Below are positions 1-9,617 of a stretch of DNA of 64,000 nt, piece by piece. Made by a program: the position numbers and the translations under genes. Origin of the DNA: Bacteroidota bacterium. Lineage in GTDB: Bacteria > Bacteroidota > Bacteroidia > NS11-12g > UBA955. The stretch lies in NCBI GenBank assembly GCA_030833525.1, contig JAURGZ010000004.1:8019-72018 (forward strand), written 5' to 3'. Position 1 is the stretch's first letter. Every line of letters starts with the position of its first letter. The notes below the pieces were generated by a model. The model ran no database searches, was not told where the DNA came from, and saw only the letters and a list, made by a program, of their open reading frames with translations.

Positions 1-791
1 AAATGGGTCCAGGCCCCGTTTAACCATGCAAATACTTGCATTTTTTCGGTGATGGAATCAGCCATGAATGCATCAGCTTGAGAGCGGTAATTGGTTCTGG
101 CTTTTCCATGCACTCGCCCCGATGCATCACGCAGTTCTATGGGTATATCGCTGTAGCTGTGGCTGGGTCCATTGATTTCAATGGTGATTCTATTGCCGAT
201 CAAATCCCAGCCCCAACGGGATTCATGGGCCCGAATGGCTTCTTGTTTGTGCAAGGTTTCGAATTCTTCCCAGTGGTCTAGGTCGCTCCATCTTCCTGCG
301 GTTAGGACTCGGGCTGAACCGCTCGGACTGGCTACAGCAGCAAGGCTCTCGGGTTCTGGAACGGCTCGGCTCAGGCTGGGTATGTCATCCATCATGGCTG
401 CACGGCCGTAGGCTAATTTGCCTTTGACGTCATCGCTTTCTGCCGCATCGCCAAAATCCCATCTTATGCTGTTGGTTTCGCTGAGGTGATCGGCCAGAGC
501 CGAGTGGCGTTGCAAGCGGTTTGGCTCTGAAAGGGCAATGGATTTAACCTGCGCTGAACCCCTGGCAAGTCCTTGCTGGGTGTACAAGTCGTAGGTTCCC
601 GCTTTCAATCGGGAAAAAGAAAATTCTCCAAAGGGCCCCAAAGGGCAAGAATCCAAGCAGTTTTCGCTGCCACTGTCTTTGGCATAGAGCCAACGCGAAT
701 GCGGTGAAACGGAAGCAGGGGATTTTGAAACAGGGCTGTTTCCCAGAAGCGCAAGGGAAATCAAGGTGCCCAACCATGTTTGTGTATTCAT
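1..791 (-). CDS. Hypothetical secreted protein, N-terminus in window (ATG at 791), C-terminus truncated by the window edge
   Basis: My manual reverse-complement translation from 791 to position 1 is open with no stop: MNTQTWLGTLISLALLGNSPVSKSPASVSPHSRWLYAKDSG...RWDFGDAAESDD...ITIEINGPSHSYSDIPIELRDASGRVHGKARTNYRSQADAFMADSITEKMQVFAWLNGAWTH. The signal-peptide-like N-terminus is divergent from maeB. It is absent from the ORF track, probably because there is no in-window stop. An alternative in-frame ATG lies at 866. I do not recognise the family. Confidence 0.45.
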   Translation of the reverse strand, partial: MNTQTWLGTLISLALLGNSPVSKSPASVSPHSRWLYAKDSGSENCLDSCPLGPFGEFSFSRLKAGTYDLYTQQGLARGSAQVKSIALSEPNRLQRHSALADHLSETNSIRWDFGDAAESDDVKGKLAYGRAAMMDDIPSLSRAVPEPESLAAVASPSGSARVLTAGRWSDLDHWEEFETLHKQEAIRAHESRWGWDLIGNRITIEINGPSHSYSDIPIELRDASGRVHGKARTNYRSQADAFMADSITEKMQVFAWLNGAWTH

Positions 792-903
792 ACGTGGCCT
801 TAATGCAGCATTGTGCAAAAAGGTAAACGCCCATGTTCGGCATTCAAGCAATTCGCCCATGAGCATGAATTATCTTTGCCCCGTCATTATGCCTACGAAA
901 AAG

Positions 904-3150
904 ATGAACGACGCCTTGAGCTACCATGCTGACGGTCGTCCTGGAAAGATTGAAGTCGTATCTACCAAGCCTACCCAAACGCAATTGGACTTGGCCTTGG
1001 CCTATTCTCCTGGTGTGGCAGAACCTTGCTTGGAGATTGCGGCCAATAAAGAAGATGTTTACAAGTACACGGCCAAAGGCAATTTGGTAGCTGTCATTAG
1101 CAACGGTACTGCCGTATTGGGCTTAGGTGATATTGGTCCCGAAGCTTCCAAACCTGTGATGGAAGGGAAGGGCGTGTTATTCAAAATATTCTCAGACATC
1201 GATGTATTTGATATCGAATTGGATTGCAAAGACGTCGATGAATTCGTTCGCACCGTAAAAGCTATGGAACCCACTTTTGGCGGGGTAAACCTGGAAGACA
1301 TCAAAGCTCCAGAAAGTTTTGAAATCGAGGAGCGATTGAAAGCCGAGTTGAACATTCCCATCATGCACGACGATCAACATGGAACGGCCATCATTTCAGG
1401 AGCCGCTTTGTTGAATGCTCTGAAGATTGTCGACAAGTCCATAGACTCCGTGAAGTTGGTGGTAAACGGGGCTGGTGCCAGTGCCATTGCTTGCTCCAAA
1501 TTGTTCATTGGCCTGGGAGTGAAAAATGAAAACATCGTCATGCTCGATTCCAAAGGAGTCATTCGCAAAGACCGTGGGAATCTCGATAAGTACAAGGCGC
1601 AATTCGCGACCGACCGCGATTTGCATGAACTCAACGATGCTTTAGTGGGTGCTGACGTTTTCGTCGGCTTGAGCAAGGGCAATATATTGAGCCCTGAAAT
1701 GATTTTGAGCATGGCCGCGAACCCCATTGTGTTTGCCATGGCCAATCCCGATCCTGAAATCAATTATGATATGGCCGTTTCTACCCGTTCTGACATTGTC
1801 ATGGCTACGGGTCGCAGCGATTATCCCAACCAGGTGAACAACGTACTTGGATTCCCCTTTATTTTCAGAGGAGCCCTTGACGTTCGAGCCACCGCCATCA
1901 ACGAAGAAATGAAGTTGGCGGCTGTTCGAGCCATTGCCGGTTTAGCGCATGAACCTGTGCCTGAAACCGTTATGATGGCTTATAACGACAATAGCTTGAG
2001 CTTTGGAAGGGAGTATTTGATTCCCAAGCCTATGGATCCTCGTTTGTTAACCACGGTGGCCCCCGCTGTGGCCAAAGCGGCTATGGAAAGTGGAGTGGCC
2101 CGTAAGCCCATCGAGGATTGGGATGCCTACAAAGCTGAATTGCGCCGCCGATTGGGAATGGACAGTGACTTTGCCGATCGATTGATGACCAAAGCCAAGA
2201 AATCACCCAAACGTGTGGTTTTCGCCGAAGCTGATAATGTTCAAATCCTCAGAGCCGCTCAAATTGGTGTGGCTGAAGGCATTTGTCAGCCCATTTTGAT
2301 GGGAGTCGAGGAGAAAATTCGCGGTTTGATGGAGGAGAATAACATTGACATTCCCAGTGCCATCATTGTGGATCCCCGCATGGATGAAGCCAAGCGCCGG
2401 GCCTATGGAGCCAAACTGTTTGAAAAACGAGGACGCAGGGGCATGACTGAATTTGAAGCCGAATATGCCATGCGCAACCGCAACTATTTCGGATCCATGA
2501 TGGTCGAGTTGGGTGAGGCCGATGCCTTTATTAGCGGTTTGACTCGCAATTATCCCATAGCCTTGAAGCCTGCCTTGGAATGCATAGGCATGGATGAAAG
2601 CAGCAACCGAGTTTCGGGCATGCACATCATGATGAGCAAGTCAGGCCCCTTGTTTTTCGCTGATACGACCGTGAACATTTCATACTCCGATGAGCAGTTG
2701 CATTGCATGATCATGAACGTGTACCAACGCGTGAAAGAGTTTCAAATTGAACCCAGAATTGCCTTGATTTCGTATTCGAATTTCGGTTCGAGCGGGGGAG
2801 AGAATCCGCAGCAGTTGCAACGGGTGTTGAAACGCATTCAGTTGGAGTATCCCGACATGAAAATTGATGGAGAAATGCAGCCTGTATATGCTATGAACGG
2901 CGATTTACGATTTAAAAACTACCCCTTCAATAAGCTTGGGAAAGAGGCTGCCAATACCTACATTTTCAGCCAATTGTCCTCAGGCAATTCAGCGTATCAA
3001 CTGATGCGCGGCATGGGTGGAGTGAGTGCGATTGGACCTGTGTTGTTGGGATTCAAAAAGAGCGTTCATATTCTGCACCACAGCAGTTCGGTTCGTGAAA
3101 TTGTGAACATGCTGGCCCTGGCGGTTACCGAAGCCCAAGACAAAGCTTAA
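904..3150 (+). CDS. maeB: NADP-dependent malic enzyme (malic enzyme domain fused to a phosphate acetyltransferase-like C-terminal domain)
   Basis: ORF 766..3150, with the likely true start at the ATG at 904 ([42 protein letters not shown]...). Malic enzyme signatures ([21 protein letters not shown]) are followed by a PTA-like C-terminal half. Confidence 0.9.
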   Translation: MNDALSYHADGRPGKIEVVSTKPTQTQLDLALAYSPGVAEPCLEIAANKEDVYKYTAKGNLVAVISNGTAVLGLGDIGPEASKPVMEGKGVLFKIFSDIDVFDIELDCKDVDEFVRTVKAMEPTFGGVNLEDIKAPESFEIEERLKAELNIPIMHDDQHGTAIISGAALLNALKIVDKSIDSVKLVVNGAGASAIACSKLFIGLGVKNENIVMLDSKGVIRKDRGNLDKYKAQFATDRDLHELNDALVGADVFVGLSKGNILSPEMILSMAANPIVFAMANPDPEINYDMAVSTRSDIVMATGRSDYPNQVNNVLGFPFIFRGALDVRATAINEEMKLAAVRAIAGLAHEPVPETVMMAYNDNSLSFGREYLIPKPMDPRLLTTVAPAVAKAAMESGVARKPIEDWDAYKAELRRRLGMDSDFADRLMTKAKKSPKRVVFAEADNVQILRAAQIGVAEGICQPILMGVEEKIRGLMEENNIDIPSAIIVDPRMDEAKRRAYGAKLFEKRGRRGMTEFEAEYAMRNRNYFGSMMVELGEADAFISGLTRNYPIALKPALECIGMDESSNRVSGMHIMMSKSGPLFFADTTVNISYSDEQLHCMIMNVYQRVKEFQIEPRIALISYSNFGSSGGENPQQLQRVLKRIQLEYPDMKIDGEMQPVYAMNGDLRFKNYPFNKLGKEAANTYIFSQLSSGNSAYQLMRGMGGVSAIGPVLLGFKKSVHILHHSSSVREIVNMLALAVTEAQDKA

Positions 3151-3153
3151 TGC

Positions 3154-3585
3154 ATGGAATGCCGCTGGGTCGAATTCGGTAGCGAGGCTTATTTTCAAGC
3201 CTTAGCGCTGCGCGATGAAGTTCTGCGCAAGCCTCTGGGCCTGTCCTTTGATCCTGAAAGTCTGGCGCTAGAGAAGCACGATACCCATTTGGTGGGTCTC
3301 GTCCATGGCGTGGTGGTGGCTTGTTGCATTTTGACAGCAGCCGGACCTGATGCCAAAATGCGTCAAGTGGCTGTATCTTTTGAAAAACAAGGTCAAAAGC
3401 TGGGTCGATCCCTGGTGGAATTCTCTGAGCAGAAAGCCCGAGAGATGGGGTTTAAACGCATGGTATTGCATGCGAGAATGGGAGCAGTTCCTTTTTATCA
3501 ACGGCTGGGGTATAGCATCGATTCTGAAGAATTCATAGAGGTTGGCATTCCTCATCGAAGCATGAGCAAATTGGTCGAAGGTTGA
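3154..3585 (+). CDS. GNAT family N-acetyltransferase
   Basis: 143 aa with a GNAT acetyl-CoA binding core (RQVAVSFEKQGQKLGRSLVEFSEQKAREMGFKRMVLHARMGAVPFYQRLGY). It starts 4 nt after the maeB stop. Confidence 0.8.
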   Translation: MECRWVEFGSEAYFQALALRDEVLRKPLGLSFDPESLALEKHDTHLVGLVHGVVVACCILTAAGPDAKMRQVAVSFEKQGQKLGRSLVEFSEQKAREMGFKRMVLHARMGAVPFYQRLGYSIDSEEFIEVGIPHRSMSKLVEG

Positions 3586-3620
3586 CTCAGTCCTCTACGT
3601 GGACCTTATCTTTGTAGAGC

Positions 3621-4988
3621 ATGCTAGACACCGTCGTAACCGTTGCGCAGTTCATCATGGCTTTGGGCCTGTTGGTGACCCTTCACGAATTGGGACATTA
3701 CTTGGCCGCTCGCGCCTTTGGAATCAAGGTTGAAAAGTTCTACCTCTTTTTTGATGCATGGGGCTTCAAGCTCTTTTCATTCAAAAAAGGCGATACAGAA
3801 TATGGCATTGGTTGGCTTCCCCTCGGCGGATACGTAAAAATCGCCGGAATGATCGACGAAAGCCTGGATAAGGACCAATTGGCCTCTGAACCTCAGTCTT
3901 GGGAATTTAGAAGCAAGCCCGCTTGGCAGCGTTTGATTGTCATGATCGGTGGGGTCGCCGTCAATTTGGTATTGGGCATCGCCATCATGATTGGCTTGAC
4001 CTACAAACAAGGGGATCGATACCTGCCCATGTCGGCCATCAACGAAAAGGGTGGTGTATACGCCAACCCCATTGCTCGTACCTGGGATTTGCAAACCGGC
4101 GACAAGATTACAGCCATCAATGGCAAGCCATTGGAGCGTTTGAACGACGTCCTGGATGCCTCTTTCCTCATGGGGTCTGAGCGCAGCTTGACGGTTGATA
4201 GAAGCGGTCAGGTTCTGGAATTGGAGTTGCCCGCCAATGCCGAAGAGCAGTTGGGGGAACTGGCCCAAGGGCCATATGCTGAGTTGCCTTTGCTTTCGGC
4301 TCGATTGCCATTTACCGTGAAACAGGTGAGTGGCGGCACCGCAGCTGCCAAAGGAGGGTTGGAAGCGGGTGATCGAGTGTTTTCGATCGACGGTCAGGGA
4401 GTAGAAGATTTTTTCTCTTTCAAGGAGATCTTGATAGATAAAGCGGGAAGCACGGCTCAGTTTGAAATTGGAAAACCCGGTGATCCCGATTCGCTTCACC
4501 GCAAATCGTACATGACCATCAGCGAAGATGGAACCTTGGGTTTCATGCCCGAATTTGGCGATTTGAGCCGTTGGGAAAAGGTTCGTGACTTGGATTTGGG
4601 TAGCAGTGTTGCCATGGGTACTTCTAAGAGCTTCGCCTTGTTGGGGGCAAATGCCTCCGCTTTGGGCAAGGTTTTCAGCGGCAAGACAGACCCCAAAAAG
4701 ACAGTAGCAGGGCCCGTGGGTATCGCACAGATGTACGGTTCCACTTTCGATTGGATCAATTTCTGGACCTTGACAGCCATGTTGAGTTTGGTGCTGGCTT
4801 TGATGAATATTTTGCCCATTCCAGCCCTTGATGGTGGTCATGTCATGTTCCTCTTGTATGAAATGATTGCCCGTCGACCCGTCAGCGAAAAGGTATTGTA
4901 CATCGGTCAAGTGATCGGCATGGTGCTTTTGCTGAGTTTGATGGTCTTCATTTTCTGGGTTGATATTTCCAGAGCCCTTGGTTTTTAA
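3621..4988 (+). CDS. rseP: RIP metalloprotease RseP (site-2 protease, M50 family, with PDZ domains)
   Basis: HELGHY zinc motif inside N-terminal TM helix, internal PDZ-like segments, C-terminal LDGG motif (NILPIPALDGGHVMF). Confidence 0.9.
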   Translation: MLDTVVTVAQFIMALGLLVTLHELGHYLAARAFGIKVEKFYLFFDAWGFKLFSFKKGDTEYGIGWLPLGGYVKIAGMIDESLDKDQLASEPQSWEFRSKPAWQRLIVMIGGVAVNLVLGIAIMIGLTYKQGDRYLPMSAINEKGGVYANPIARTWDLQTGDKITAINGKPLERLNDVLDASFLMGSERSLTVDRSGQVLELELPANAEEQLGELAQGPYAELPLLSARLPFTVKQVSGGTAAAKGGLEAGDRVFSIDGQGVEDFFSFKEILIDKAGSTAQFEIGKPGDPDSLHRKSYMTISEDGTLGFMPEFGDLSRWEKVRDLDLGSSVAMGTSKSFALLGANASALGKVFSGKTDPKKTVAGPVGIAQMYGSTFDWINFWTLTAMLSLVLALMNILPIPALDGGHVMFLLYEMIARRPVSEKVLYIGQVIGMVLLLSLMVFIFWVDISRALGF

Positions 4989-5455
4989 TGAACCCGTTTG
5001 AAACTTTTGGCTTAGAACCATCTTTTGCTCTTGATCTGCAAGCGCTTCGCAAGAAATACATTTCCTTGCAGCGCGAGGTCCATCCCGATGTTCAAGGCGG
5101 GTCAGATGAACAAAGCGAATGGCTGAATAAGCATTATGAGATCTTGAAAGATGATCTTCTGCGGGCCCGCTGCCTGCTGGAAATACACGGCAAACAGGAA
5201 CGCGAATTTCCATTGCCCGCCGTTCAACTCATGGCCTGGATGGAAATGGGTGATTGGGTCGAAGAAAATCCAACCCAGGCTGAAAGCGAGTTTGAGGTTT
5301 TAGAGCAGCAGCTGTTGAATCAAAAAAACCGACTGATTCACGAAGCCAATTCTTCGTTTTCTGAGGCCAAATTGGAGGAATTGGCGCATTGGATTCAAGG
5401 GGAATCATACCGCCGACGCTTGCGTAAAATTCACCGCGGGGAGCGCGAATTGTAA
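4988..5455 (+). CDS. J-domain co-chaperone, HscB-like
   Basis: 155 aa; N-terminal J-domain-like segment (FETFGLEPSFALDLQALRKKYISLQREVHPD) followed by a helical C-terminus; TAATG overlap with rseP stop. Confidence 0.6.
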   Translation: MNPFETFGLEPSFALDLQALRKKYISLQREVHPDVQGGSDEQSEWLNKHYEILKDDLLRARCLLEIHGKQEREFPLPAVQLMAWMEMGDWVEENPTQAESEFEVLEQQLLNQKNRLIHEANSSFSEAKLEELAHWIQGESYRRRLRKIHRGEREL

Positions 5456-5479
5456 GACCTTTGGCCCTATTTTCGAAGC

Positions 5480-5977
5480 ATGGATAGTCAAACCGAACTG
5501 CTCAACCACGACCAGGTTTGCGCCATTGTGCGTCGAATCGCTTTCCAAGTCGCAGAATCGCACAGCCAAGAGCGGGAATTGGTATTGGTAGGATTGAATG
5601 AGCGTGGTTGGTTCATCGCCCAAATCATGCACCGTGAATTGGTTCAAGTATTGCCTCATCTCCAGATTCACATGCAGCAAGTTTCCAGTATAGGTGCTTT
5701 GAAATTAAATGATGAATACACCCATCAAGTACAAGGCAAGTGCGCAGTGATCGTAGACGATGTGATCAATTCAGGGCACAGCGTCATGGGCATACTATCT
5801 CTGTACCACCAAGCCGGCGCGCGCATCATTCAAACCGCTTTTCTAGCCGAGCGTGAATACCGAAGTTTCCCCGTAACGGCCAACTGGGTGGGTCGAAGCG
5901 TGGCCACCACCTTGCAAGACCATGTCTACTTTGACAACAGCAATCCTCAAGCCTTGAGGGTTTATTTAGCTAATTAA
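5480..5977 (+). CDS. Phosphoribosyltransferase family protein, PyrR-like paralog
   Basis: It has a type I PRTase PRPP-binding loop (CAVIVDDVINSGHSVMG) and a PyrR-like N-terminus (AIVRRIAFQVAESH...LVLVGLNERG). It lacks the ITLYRDD motif that is present in the true pyrR at 63735. Confidence 0.7.
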   Translation: MDSQTELLNHDQVCAIVRRIAFQVAESHSQERELVLVGLNERGWFIAQIMHRELVQVLPHLQIHMQQVSSIGALKLNDEYTHQVQGKCAVIVDDVINSGHSVMGILSLYHQAGARIIQTAFLAEREYRSFPVTANWVGRSVATTLQDHVYFDNSNPQALRVYLAN

Positions 5978-5979
5978 TT

Positions 5980-7071
5980 ATGAAGGTTCCATTTTTTGAC
6001 CTCAAAAGACAATACGAACAACTCAAACCCGAGATTTGGCAGGCCATGAATCGAGTCATGGACCAAACGGCATTTTCTGGAGGTCCATTTGTAAGCCAAT
6101 TGGAAACCGAATTGGCCGCGTTCAATGAAACGGGTTTTGCAGTGGGTGTTAACAACGGCACGAATGCCATTCAATTGGCGCTGTTGGCCTTGGGTATAGG
6201 CCCGGGAGATGAGGTTATCGTACCTGCCAATACCTTCATCGCTACGGCTTGGGGTGTCAGTTATGTGGGTGCGACTCCCGTATTTGCTGATTGCGACCCC
6301 ATGACATGGAACTTGGACCCTGTCGATGCTGAGCGCAAAATCAGTCCCAAAACCAAAGCCATCATTGGGGTTCATTTATACGGTCAACCCTTTAACATAG
6401 ATGCTTTATCGCGTTTGTGTAATGAGAAAGGCATCCATTTGATGGAAGACAATGCTCAAGCCATGGGCGCTACTTACAAAGGCCGCAAAGTTGGTCAATT
6501 TGGGGTGCTGTCGACCACCAGTTTTTACCCGGGTAAAAACTTGGGTGCTTATGGGGAAGGGGGTGCTGTTTTTGGGCATGACCCGGCTTTGGGTGAAACC
6601 ATTCAGATGTTAAAAAACCACGGTTCTCGCGAACGTTATTACCACGAAGCTTTGGGCTTTAACATGCGCATGGAAGGCCTTCAAGCGGCTGTGCTTTCAG
6701 TGAAATTGCCTCATTTGCCCGCTTGGAACCAACGCCGGCAATTCATAGCAAAAGCCTATCGCCAGTTGAATCATCCAAGATTGCAATTCCAAGCACCTGA
6801 AACTCATGCCGAGTCGGTTTATCACTTGGCTGTAGTTATCCCCGATGACAAACAGGCTTTCCTCACTCACTTGGAAAACGAAGGAGTTGGATATGCCTTT
6901 CACTATCCTGTGCCTTGTCATTTGCAAAAAGCCTATGCACACTTGGGTTATCAAAAAGGCGATTTTCCGCATGCCGAACACCTGGCAGAAAATGGTGTTT
7001 CCTTGCCCATGTTCCCTGAAATGAGCGATGCAGAATTGGAGCGAGTGCTGGAGATTCTGAAGAAATTCTGA
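5980..7071 (+). CDS. DegT/DnrJ/EryC1/StrS family PLP-dependent sugar aminotransferase
   Basis: MKVPFFDLKRQYEQLKPEI...FSGGPFVSQLETELAAF...; conserved fold type I aminotransferase motifs of the DegT family. Confidence 0.85.
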   Translation: MKVPFFDLKRQYEQLKPEIWQAMNRVMDQTAFSGGPFVSQLETELAAFNETGFAVGVNNGTNAIQLALLALGIGPGDEVIVPANTFIATAWGVSYVGATPVFADCDPMTWNLDPVDAERKISPKTKAIIGVHLYGQPFNIDALSRLCNEKGIHLMEDNAQAMGATYKGRKVGQFGVLSTTSFYPGKNLGAYGEGGAVFGHDPALGETIQMLKNHGSRERYYHEALGFNMRMEGLQAAVLSVKLPHLPAWNQRRQFIAKAYRQLNHPRLQFQAPETHAESVYHLAVVIPDDKQAFLTHLENEGVGYAFHYPVPCHLQKAYAHLGYQKGDFPHAEHLAENGVSLPMFPEMSDAELERVLEILKKF

Positions 7072-7116
7072 CCTTCTAGGCAACAAAATGCCTCGGTTCG
7101 GGGTTAATTTCGTAGG

Positions 7117-9615
7117 ATGCCTAGGATTTTGATTTTCATCACCTTGCTGTGTTCGTTGTTCCGATTAGGAGCGACGCACATTGCCGGCGGTGAAATGACC
7201 TATACATACCTAGGGAACAATCAGTATAAACTTCGGCTGGATATTTATATGGATTGCCTGAACGGCAGTGACCAGGCGATTCAGCAGGACTACACCGCGT
7301 ACATCAGCATTTTCAACGGGGGCAACAATAAAATGCTCAGCGGCTACCCCAAAAGTGTGACTCGCTCAGGGCCTAAGCGCATCCAAAAAACCAACTACAA
7401 CTGCATCAAAGTGGCTCCAAACGCATGCGTGGACCATTACTGGTATGAATTGACCGTGACCCTACCACCCAATGCAGGTGGTTATTATGTGTCTTATCAG
7501 CGCTGTTGCCGAAACGGTTCCGTATCCAACCTGAGTCAGCCTGGTAGCACAGGGGCTAATTTTTGGACGCACATTCCCGATGCGAATGATTTTGCCAATA
7601 AAGTGGGCAATACGTCGGCGGTTTTCAAAGAATTGCCCCCGAATTTTCTGTGTACCAATACACCGCTCAAGTTCGATCACTCAGCCACGGATGCCGATGG
7701 TGATAGCCTAACCTATGAATTGTATCAACCCTACAAAGGGGCTAGTTCTTCTGATCCGCAGCCGACCAATGCATTTCAGATGCAACAACCTCCGTTTTCG
7801 CAGGTGAACTTTTTATGGCCCACTTACAGTTACGACAATCCCATCAACGGCAATCCCCCAATGTCCATCGATACGTTTACGGGATTGCTCACCCTTACGC
7901 CTACACGGGCCGGGCAATACGTTGTGGGAATCAAAGTGAAAGAATACCGAAATGGGGTGCTCATAGGTGAAACCCTGCGCGACTATCAATTCAATGTTCA
8001 GGCCTGTGTGATTGATGTGGTCGCCGGTTATTTTGTGCCCAAGCTGGTCTGTGGATTGACCTATCAATTCCAAAATCAAAGTGCCGGTGCACAGCGATAC
8101 CACTGGGATTTTGGCATAGATTCCTTGAGCAACGACACCTCGGCCTCTGGAAACCCTCAATACACGTTTCCCAAAGCGGGCAGTTATAAAGTCAAGCTCT
8201 TTGCCTACAAGAATACGTGTGTCGACAGCTTTGTGGCTCTGATCAATGTGGTAGATCCCATTCTGCCCAAATTACCCAAGGATACCATTCTTTGTGCCGG
8301 TAGTAAAATCATCATTCGCTCGGCAACCAAAGGTGATTCTTACCGCTGGAGTACCGGTTCCTACGATGATTCCTTGGTCATTACCCAACCCGGTCAATAC
8401 TGGGTCAGGCAGTATATCAAATCGTGCTATTGGCACGATACGATTGTCATTGGTTCTGACACCGATCGCATCCAAGTAGTTGGAGATACGGTCTTCTGCA
8501 CCTATGACCCCATTGTTCAAAATCTGCGGGCATCATGGCCTGCGGGTTCATCGGCATGGTCCAAAGGGCAGTTGGAGTGGAGCACCAACCAATCGAGCCC
8601 CAGCATTCGGGTGACTCAACCGGGTTTTTACGTATTAAAAGGGACAACTGAAAACAAATGCGTGAGCACCGATACCGGTTTCATCTATCTGTTTCCTCCC
8701 GTTGAGGTCGACATTCGCGACACCTTATTTTGCCGGGAAACCAACATCGAGTTTGATTCCAAAAACCCTTCACCGGCCATCACAGAATGGAGTACAGGGG
8801 CCAAAGGTCGGTACTGGACCACCAACGGGACAGGCTCTTACTGGGTGCGGGTGACCATAGGTTTGTGCTTCGATCAAGATACCTTTCAACTGGGTTACCA
8901 TCCCATAGAATTTCAAATGGGACCTGATTTGCGCTTCTGCTCGGGAATCGATACCACATTGACCGTGAATCAGAAGGGGCTGAGCAACGTAGTTTGGAAC
9001 AATGAAATTCTGGGCCCCAATTTCCGATTGACGAAGCCGGGAAAAGTCAAGGCCGAGTGGGTCAACTCCCAAGGATGTTACGAGGCAGATTCCTTGATGG
9101 TGAGTCTTTTCCCATTGCCAGGGTTGAATCTGGGGTCTGACACGGTACTTTGTTTGTCAGAGAACCCCACCTTAGATGCCGGCCCGGGCATGGCGGTATA
9201 CCGATGGAGTACGGGAGCCAGTACCCAACGCATTGTTGCGTACGATTCTGGACAATACGTGGTTTGGGTAAAGGACCAAGAGGGTTGCTGGAATTCTGAC
9301 ACCGTTTGGATTGATAAAAAGAAAGACCTTTTCCCGTCGGTTATTTACATGCCCACGGCTTTCACTCCGAACGGAGATGGTCGAAATGATTTTTACCCCA
9401 TGAACCAATACAAGGTAAAAGGTAGTTTGTACAACGTGAAATTATACAACCGCTGGGGTGAAAAGCTCGCTGAGCTGAAAAGTCCTGACTTCAATTGGGA
9501 TGGACGCATCAACGGGGAAGAAGCTCCGCAAGGTGTGTATGTGTACCTGGCTACTTGGATCGGTTGTGACAATGAACGACGTACTTTGATGGGTAATTTC
9601 ACCCTGCTGAGATAA
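7117..9615 (+). CDS. Large secreted protein with PKD-like domains and a T9SS type B C-terminal sorting domain (gliding-motility-associated CTD)
   Basis: N-terminal signal peptide; internal PKD-like segment (YHWDFGIDSLSNDTSASGNPQYTFPKAGSYKVKLFAY); C-terminal FTPNGDGRNDFY...YNRWGEKL...GVYVYLATW motif typical of T9SS type B CTD. Confidence 0.8.
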   Translation: MPRILIFITLLCSLFRLGATHIAGGEMTYTYLGNNQYKLRLDIYMDCLNGSDQAIQQDYTAYISIFNGGNNKMLSGYPKSVTRSGPKRIQKTNYNCIKVAPNACVDHYWYELTVTLPPNAGGYYVSYQRCCRNGSVSNLSQPGSTGANFWTHIPDANDFANKVGNTSAVFKELPPNFLCTNTPLKFDHSATDADGDSLTYELYQPYKGASSSDPQPTNAFQMQQPPFSQVNFLWPTYSYDNPINGNPPMSIDTFTGLLTLTPTRAGQYVVGIKVKEYRNGVLIGETLRDYQFNVQACVIDVVAGYFVPKLVCGLTYQFQNQSAGAQRYHWDFGIDSLSNDTSASGNPQYTFPKAGSYKVKLFAYKNTCVDSFVALINVVDPILPKLPKDTILCAGSKIIIRSATKGDSYRWSTGSYDDSLVITQPGQYWVRQYIKSCYWHDTIVIGSDTDRIQVVGDTVFCTYDPIVQNLRASWPAGSSAWSKGQLEWSTNQSSPSIRVTQPGFYVLKGTTENKCVSTDTGFIYLFPPVEVDIRDTLFCRETNIEFDSKNPSPAITEWSTGAKGRYWTTNGTGSYWVRVTIGLCFDQDTFQLGYHPIEFQMGPDLRFCSGIDTTLTVNQKGLSNVVWNNEILGPNFRLTKPGKVKAEWVNSQGCYEADSLMVSLFPLPGLNLGSDTVLCLSENPTLDAGPGMAVYRWSTGASTQRIVAYDSGQYVVWVKDQEGCWNSDTVWIDKKKDLFPSVIYMPTAFTPNGDGRNDFYPMNQYKVKGSLYNVKLYNRWGEKLAELKSPDFNWDGRINGEEAPQGVYVYLATWIGCDNERRTLMGNFTLLR

Positions 9616-9617
9616 CC

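Noticed and set aside
36-411. Two overlapping + strand ORFs (81 and 79 aa) at the window start
   Set aside because: They are superseded by the much longer open minus-strand frame (791 to 1) with a signal peptide. Their translations are low complexity.
766-903. In-frame 46-codon upstream extension of maeB in the ORF track
   Set aside because: The extension (MPNHVCVFIRGLNAALCKK...) has no homology to malic enzyme N-termini and would overlap the divergent minus-strand gene start. The ATG at 904 matches the conserved MaeB N-terminus.
3777-5213. 478-aa ORF on the minus strand, antisense to rseP and the hscB-like gene
   Set aside because: It is completely embedded opposite two well-supported genes. 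Its composition is dominated by H/Q/G/R runs (e.g. HQTQQKHHADH, QSQHQTQHGCQGPE) with no signal peptide, motif or domain. Long open antisense frames are expected opposite genes with strong codon-position GC bias, so I judge it spurious.
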